39,191 bases of DNA from a virus (Duplodnaviria > Caudoviricetes): IMG/VR virus record IMGVR_UViG_3300010214_000036, positions 1 to 39,191 of that record, one strand, 5' to 3'. Position 1 is the first letter of the stretch, and each line of letters opens with the position of its first letter. Below are positions 34,972 to 39,191 of this stretch, piece by piece. The notes beneath the pieces were generated by a model. The model was not told the origin of the DNA. It saw only the letters and a program-made list of their open reading frames with translations, and did not search any database. A program made the translations under genes and the position numbers.

Positions 34972-35804
34972 CGCTTCGACCCCTTCGGCTGGGGCGCCCG
35001 AGGCTTGGGCCGCGCGGTGACCTGCACGGCTTCCTCGGCGAAGAAGCGGGTGGCGGGGATGCCGTCGATCGTGATGGACGCGTGGACGCGGGCGAGGCCG
35101 AGGAGGTGCTTCGGCTGCCAGTCGGCGGCGGGGCGGCCGACGCGGGCTTCGAGCTGCGTCTGGGTGACGCCCTCGGCGGAGAACCGGGCGACGGTGTCGG
35201 CGATGCGCTGGTCGAGTGCCTGGCCGTCGCCGCCGGCGAGGGTGGCTTTCAGCTGTGCTTCGGCTTCGGCGACGAACCATCCGGGGAGGACGGAGAAGAT
35301 GCACTCTCGGACGGCTCGGGCGCCGGCGTTCTGGTTGTTGAGGTAGATGTCGCCGGGGTCGGCGATGGCCCGCCGGCGGCGGCCGGGGCCGTCCGCGGTC
35401 GTCTCGTGAGGGACGAGGAGGGAGCGGGTCGACCGGGTGTTGGCTTCCTGGTCCCACGCCCACGTCTGCACCTCGGAGGCGCCGCCGTCGCGGCGGACCT
35501 CGCGGACGCCGTAGTCGACGTTTCCCCAGAGGCGGGCGAGCTCGCGGGCGGCGTGGACGGAGAGGCCGAAGCCGCCGTCGTCGGGGAGCTCGTAGAACGC
35601 ACGCGACGCGACCGCGAGGCGGGAGCAGGTCGCGAGCATGCGGTCGCGGGCGGCGTCCTCGTTGCGGGGGAACGCCTGCGCGACCTCGACGGGCGCGAGA
35701 GGGTCGGCGGCCGGGCGTGCGCGCGGCGTCTCGATCGGCTTCACGGGCCAGCGGAGGTTCTCGGTGCTGTCGGCGGGCAGGGTGATGGTCTGCGGTTCGG
35801 TCAT
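34968..35804 (-). CDS. Putative single-strand annealing protein / recombinase
   Basis: Coupled to the exonuclease; AQ.FPR.E...FY..P.....G.SV..A.ELAR.WGN..YG...AWD.E.N pattern recurrent at this position in phages. Confidence 0.65.
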   Translation of the reverse strand: MTEPQTITLPADSTENLRWPVKPIETPRARPAADPLAPVEVAQAFPRNEDAARDRMLATCSRLAVASRAFYELPDDGGFGLSVHAARELARLWGNVDYGVREVRRDGGASEVQTWAWDQEANTRSTRSLLVPHETTADGPGRRRRAIADPGDIYLNNQNAGARAVRECIFSVLPGWFVAEAEAQLKATLAGGDGQALDQRIADTVARFSAEGVTQTQLEARVGRPAADWQPKHLLGLARVHASITIDGIPATRFFAEEAVQVTARPKPRAPQPKGSKR

Positions 35805-36628
35805 GATGCGTAGTGGTCCTCGAAGTCGTAGACCGCCGGCATGGGCGGCTTCAGGAGCTGGATCTCGTTGGGGTATCGGGGCCAGTGGCCCGATTCGAGG
35901 CAGGCGGCGTAGAGCTCGCGTGCGCGGCGGGCCTTCGCGGTGCCGATCTCGACGAAGTCGCGGTCGAGCTGGTACTGGCCGACGAGGTAGGGCGGTTCGG
36001 TCTCGACGGCGACGAACACGAACGGGCGTCGCTCGCCCTCGATGAGGAGGCGGAGGTACTGGTAGTGCTCCTGCTGGACGTCGTAGCCGAGATCGAAGAC
36101 GGTGAAGGCCCACTTCGTCGGGGTGACGAGCTTCGCGGAGGTCTTCAGGTCGACGCCGACGGGCGCGAACATGTCGAAGCGGGCGCGGAGCTCGACGCCG
36201 GTGGCGGGGTCGGTGGCGAACAGGGACGCCTCGGGGATCGCGCCGGGCTGCTCGAACAGGGCGGGCGCGTCGGCGAGGACGGCTTCGGCCATCGCGTCGA
36301 CCTGGCGGGCGACCGCGGCCTTCACCGGGGTCATGCCGTGCGAGCGGGCGAGGGCGATGAACCGCTTCGCCTTCGCCGTGGACGCAGCCCCGTTCACTGC
36401 GAGGAACTCCTCCGGGATCGCGACGGTCGGGGCTCCGACGCCGAGGACCTTCGAGTGCACCGCGGTGCCGAGGTCGAACTCCGCCTTCGGCTTCTGCGGG
36501 TGGTCCTGGCTGTAACGGAACCGGGCCGGGGAGGCGAGGAGCTGGCGCGCCCCGGTCGAGGACAGGGCCGTGTGGGCGTGGTAGAGCTTCTCGTCGAGGT
36601 CGGGGACGATGCCCTGCAGGGTGGTCAT
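35801..36628 (-). CDS. RecE/ExoVIII-like PD-(D/E)XK exonuclease
   Basis: YHA..ALSST, GTAVH, E.S.F..D..TG..LRARFD, DLKT, Y..Q..HY and F.FVAVE..PPY. Confidence 0.9.
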   Translation of the reverse strand: MTTLQGIVPDLDEKLYHAHTALSSTGARQLLASPARFRYSQDHPQKPKAEFDLGTAVHSKVLGVGAPTVAIPEEFLAVNGAASTAKAKRFIALARSHGMTPVKAAVARQVDAMAEAVLADAPALFEQPGAIPEASLFATDPATGVELRARFDMFAPVGVDLKTSAKLVTPTKWAFTVFDLGYDVQQEHYQYLRLLIEGERRPFVFVAVETEPPYLVGQYQLDRDFVEIGTAKARRARELYAACLESGHWPRYPNEIQLLKPPMPAVYDFEDHYAS

Positions 36629-36921
36629 TCGGTGGCCTCCGTCTCGTCGACGCCCGGGTTCGGGGGTGCGGTCTGGACCTGCTCGGGGACCCACTCGCCC
36701 CCGTCGAACGTTCCGCGCACGTCAGCTCCCTTGGTGTTCGCGTGGCACTCGCAGACGCAGTCCACGTACTGGTCGTTCGCGAAGTCCCAGGTGACGCCGT
36801 CGCAGCCGTCGTGCTCGTTCTCGCGGCACTCGTCGCTCGGGCGGACCTGCGGCCAGTTCGGCGGGGCGCCGAGGATGCTCAGGATCGCGGGCACCGGGTC
36901 GGTGGCGTGGTGGACGGTCAT
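36625..36921 (-). CDS. Hypothetical Cys-containing protein
   Basis: ATGA overlaps; C...H..C...C.C.CH. Confidence 0.7.
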   Translation of the reverse strand: MTVHHATDPVPAILSILGAPPNWPQVRPSDECRENEHDGCDGVTWDFANDQYVDCVCECHANTKGADVRGTFDGGEWVPEQVQTAPPNPGVDETEATE

Positions 36922-37268
36922 GCGTCGTCCTTCCGGTCGAGGTAGTCGAGGGCGGCGACCGTCCAGAGCGTGATCGCCACGGTGATGCCGCCGAGGAATA
37001 GCGGTAGGGACGCGTGAGCGGCGCCGATGATGGCGACGGCCAGCGTGGTGAGGAAGGCGATCAGGTACCACTGGGAGGGCGAGGGCCGGACGCTCACGTC
37101 CTCGTGGACGAGCTCGCTGTCGGCGCAGTACGGGCACGCGGCCTCGAAGCCCCACTCGAAGGTGCGGAGGTCAGACCAGATCTCGACCTCGTACTCCGCA
37201 TCGCACAGCCCGCACGCGACGACGGCGCGGTCCCAGTCCGTGTACGCGGTGTCGTCGGCGGGCATCAT
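36918..37268 (-). CDS. Zn-ribbon plus two-TM hypothetical protein
   Basis: CGLC...CPYC followed by two hydrophobic helices. Confidence 0.7.
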   Translation of the reverse strand: MMPADDTAYTDWDRAVVACGLCDAEYEVEIWSDLRTFEWGFEAACPYCADSELVHEDVSVRPSPSQWYLIAFLTTLAVAIIGAAHASLPLFLGGITVAITLWTVAALDYLDRKDDA

Positions 37269-37729
37269 CGGGCACCTCGGAGGATCGCGTCTGCCAGCGA
37301 GAGGGCGAGGCTGATACAGGTCTGATCGCGCGACCCGCCGGCGCGGATCGCTCGTGCCGCGCCGTCGAGGATGGCGATCTGAGCGCTGAGCGCCGAATGA
37401 GCGACGAGCAGAAGGCTGCCATCGGCGTCGCTCATCGCCCCATAGGTGCCATCCGAGGGGACGACCTCGTCTCCGTCAGTGGTGACAATCCCGCGCCAGG
37501 CAGCCCCGCCATCGAACTCCCACACGCCCGGCGTGCAGTCACGCTCGAGCTGTCGGAGCCGCGCGCTAGCTGCGTCGAGTCGCTCGACCGCGCCAGTCGA
37601 CGCCGCCTCCTGAGCATGGGCGAGCCGCGCGGTCCCGCAGCGCCGGCAGTTCCGCGCGGTTCCTTCCGCCTGGTGCTCAAGGCAGAAGAGCGACGGCCCC
37701 GCCGCAGGCACGCTCTCGGCGCCGATCAT
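37265..37729 (-). CDS. Hypothetical protein: Zn finger plus Ead/Ea22-like segment
   Basis: FC..HQ..GT.RNCR.CGTARLAH followed by TPG.W...DAD..L. Confidence 0.65.
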   Translation of the reverse strand: MIGAESVPAAGPSLFCLEHQAEGTARNCRRCGTARLAHAQEAASTGAVERLDAASARLRQLERDCTPGVWEFDGGAAWRGIVTTDGDEVVPSDGTYGAMSDADGSLLLVAHSALSAQIAILDGAARAIRAGGSRDQTCISLALSLADAILRGAR

Positions 37730-37815
37730 CGTGCACCGCCGAACGCTCGACGGAGACGGAGCCAGAGAGACGGGCGAGCCCACTCACCGCGCCGGTACCG
37801 GGGCCGCGCGATCAT
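37726..37815 (-). CDS. 29-aa Arg-rich micro-ORF
   Basis: MIARPRYRRGEWARPSLWLRLRRAFGGAR, with ATGA overlaps at both ends. Confidence 0.55.
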   Translation of the reverse strand: MIARPRYRRGEWARPSLWLRLRRAFGGAR

Positions 37816-37910
37816 CGGCCACCTCGCTCGTCGCGGCGGCCCTCGACGTGCAGGCCATTCGCGCCGACCGCGATCTTGCGCGCCGTTCGGCGGAGGAAGC
37901 GCTTCATCAC
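37812..37910 (-). CDS. 32-aa basic micro-ORF
   Basis: AAGGAGG SD; GTGA overlap upstream and ATGA overlap downstream. Confidence 0.55.
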   Translation of the reverse strand: MMKRFLRRTARKIAVGANGLHVEGRRDERGGR

Positions 37911-38254
37911 GCGACCTCCTTCACGGCCCACACGACGGCGGGGCGGCCGTACTCGGTCTGGCGGCGCTCCTCGGTCTTGTACACGCGGCCCTGCATGTGG
38001 AGCTCGGAGCGGCGGCGGGCGATCGAGTGGGGCTGGACAATGGGCCAGCCGCGGGCCTCGCGGATGGCGGCGTAGGCGGGGATCAGCTCGAAGTCGGCGC
38101 GGGGCTTCTCGGCGAGGAGCTCGAGCACGGCCTGCTGGACGACGGATGCCTCGTCCCGGTCGACCGCGGCGGCCGCGGCGGCGGACGTCTCCGGGTCGTG
38201 CTGGTGCCGGAGGTGCTTCACCCCGTCACCGGTGATACCGTGGATGCTGTTCAA
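37907..38254 (-). CDS. Winged-helix DNA-binding protein
   Basis: GAAAGGA SD; DP.TS..AA...S...RRSEL...G.V.....R.T..GR.A.VW. Confidence 0.7.
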   Translation of the reverse strand: MNSIHGITGDGVKHLRHQHDPETSAAAAAAVDRDEASVVQQAVLELLAEKPRADFELIPAYAAIREARGWPIVQPHSIARRRSELHMQGRVYKTEERRQTEYGRPAVVWAVKEVA

Positions 38255-38276
38255 GGGACTCGTTCCTTTCTCGATT

Positions 38277-38302
38277 CGCCCCCGTTGCCGCGGGGGCGTT
38301 TC
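38277..38302. terminator. GC-rich hairpin in the early operon
   Basis: cgcccccg-ttgccg-cgggggcg, followed by tttc on the plus strand. Confidence 0.55.
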
Positions 38303-38364
38303 TCATTGGTGGTTGCTCTCCCGGCGGACGCAGCACTTCGGGTGAGCCACGTCCCCGAGGAAGC

Positions 38365-38499
38365 TCAGGAGGCCAGCACTGCCCAGCCCCAGAACACGGC
38401 CGCGCACAGCACCACGAACCCGACCTCCGCCAGCGCGCCCCGCACCCTCGCGGACCGCTCGCGGCGCAGCTGCTCGTACAGGTCCACGTCGGCGCTCAT
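38365..38499 (-). CDS. 44-aa single-TM protein
   Basis: ATGA overlap with cro; hydrophobic C terminus. Confidence 0.6.
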   Translation of the reverse strand: MSADVDLYEQLRRERSARVRGALAEVGFVVLCAAVFWGWAVLAS

Positions 38500-38738
38500 G
38501 CCACACGCCCCAGAGCCGGCACCTCGGGGTAGAACCGCCAGACGGGAAGCGAGAGCGCCACCGCGAGCCGGAAGAGCTCGGGGGCGGTGAACGCCACCTT
38601 CCCCCGGAGACGCTGGCTCACGGACTGCCGAGAGATCCCGAGGATCGAGGCAACCGCCTCCTGATCCAGACGCTTCTCCGCAATCACACCGCGCACCCTG
38701 TCGGCGATCTGTGCCATATCGTCCTTCATGCGAGCCAT
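38496..38738 (-). CDS. Cro-like XRE HTH protein (start may be 38729)
   Basis: Q..VA..LGISRQSVSQRL.G...FT..EL..LA..L; divergent from the repressor. Confidence 0.88.
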   Translation of the reverse strand: MARMKDDMAQIADRVRGVIAEKRLDQEAVASILGISRQSVSQRLRGKVAFTAPELFRLAVALSLPVWRFYPEVPALGRVA

Positions 38739-38760
38739 GCTGACATGGATTTATGCCAGC
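38739..38760. promoter_or_regulatory. Putative operator over the cro promoter
   Basis: GCTGACAT-N6-ATGCCAGC inverted repeat (one mismatch), within a possible minus-strand TTGTTG-17-CAGCAT promoter. Confidence 0.55.
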
Positions 38761-38813
38761 AACAAGACGCGTGGACGCTCCGCGTGTCGGAATGTCCATG
38801 AGAATCGCCCTGA

Positions 38814-38854
38814 TGTCACGAATCCTTGACACAACGGCGCAGAATCAGTACAGT
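38814..38854 (+). promoter_or_regulatory. Repressor promoter with overlapping palindrome
   Basis: TTGACA (38826-38831), 17 nt, TACAGT (38849-38854). TGTCA-N8-TGACA overlaps the -35. Confidence 0.8.
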
Positions 38855-38861
38855 CCAGATC

Positions 38862-39191
38862 ATGACTAGTGCAGCCCGGAACACGACGGCCGAAGACCTT
38901 CAGCTCGCGCGCGCATCCCACCTGCGCGAGCTCTTCGAGCCCTGGTCGCTTCGCAAGCTCGAGACCCGCACCGGCATCGGCCGCGGCACCCTCCAGGGAC
39001 GCTTCAACGGCACGACGGCGCTCACCCTGTCGGACATCGAGGTGCTGGCCCCGGTGATCCGCATGACCCCGGAGCAGCTCTTCCTCGAGCTCCTCCGCGT
39101 CACTCCGGACAACGAAAACGGCCCGGCCTCCGAAGAGACCGGGCCGCAGATGCTCCCCCACTTGGACTCGAACCAAGAACCTATCGGTTAA
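38862..39191 (+). CDS. Immunity repressor (XRE HTH), prophage form
   Basis: SLRKLE..TGI.R.TL..RFNG...L.L.DIE.LA; leaderless ATG 7 nt after the -10; C terminus LPHLDSNQEPIG is encoded antisense to a tRNA. Confidence 0.88.
   Translation: MTSAARNTTAEDLQLARASHLRELFEPWSLRKLETRTGIGRGTLQGRFNGTTALTLSDIEVLAPVIRMTPEQLFLELLRVTPDNENGPASEETGPQMLPHLDSNQEPIG
39111..39145 (-). terminator. tRNA terminator embedded in the repressor gene
   Basis: ggcccgg...ccgggcc stem followed on the minus strand by gttttcgtt, 7 nt past the tRNA discriminator. Confidence 0.75.
39153..39191 (-). tRNA. 3' half of tRNA-Asn (att core; 5' half lies outside the window)
   Basis: Minus strand reads TTAA-CCGAT-AGGTT-CTTGG-TTCGAGT-CCAAG-TGGGGGA-G: anticodon NTT, perfect T arm. 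Discriminator G favours Asn over Lys. Confidence 0.85.

Larger units (their letters stand above)
1..39191. mobile_element. Temperate siphovirus prophage (near complete), integrated at a tRNA-Asn gene
   Basis: Full module set (integrase, lysis, tail, head, packaging, early genes, cro/repressor). Integrase and repressor/att core sit at opposite ends, as expected after opening the circle at attP. Confidence 0.95.

Noticed and set aside
38826-38861. TTG start for the repressor
   Set aside because: The TTG is part of the TTGACA -35 box; ATG 38862 fits a leaderless start.
1-39191. CRISPR array, diversity-generating retroelement, IS element, complete tRNA or rRNA gene
   Set aside because: No repeat-spacer array, reverse transcriptase, transposase or full RNA gene seen by eye; only the tRNA half at the att site.

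Overview
The window is a near-complete, GC-rich temperate siphovirus genome in prophage order, from an actinobacterial host (Microbacteriaceae-like by gene style; inferred). It starts at a short tyrosine integrase (1-840) and ends at an HTH immunity repressor whose last codons and stop are antisense to the 3' half of a tRNA-Asn, the att core. Almost all lytic genes are on the minus strand. Read from the right end they are: cro-like gene, early/recombination genes (RecE-like exonuclease plus putative annealing protein), C5 and N6A methyltransferases, a short replication-initiator-like gene, HNH genes, terminase, portal, ClpP protease/scaffold, capsid, tail, tape measure, beta-helix tailspike and the lysis cassette. 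Accessory genes cluster at 0.9-5.1 kb, 10.0-10.5 kb, 27.4-29.0 kb and 34.2-34.6 kb, most with their own apparent leaderless promoter. The most notable signals are: (1) integration-dependent immunity architecture; (2) an unannotated 39-aa amphipathic peptide with a structured leader and a predicted antisense RNA, a type I toxin-antitoxin candidate (1806-2170); (3) a LexA-box cassette that could provide SOS induction for a repressor lacking an autoprotease domain; (4) a membrane moron interrupted at a G6 tract; (5) a Zn-finger module shared by the replication protein and an early gene. All product calls come from motifs, synteny and recall of families; no database search was run.
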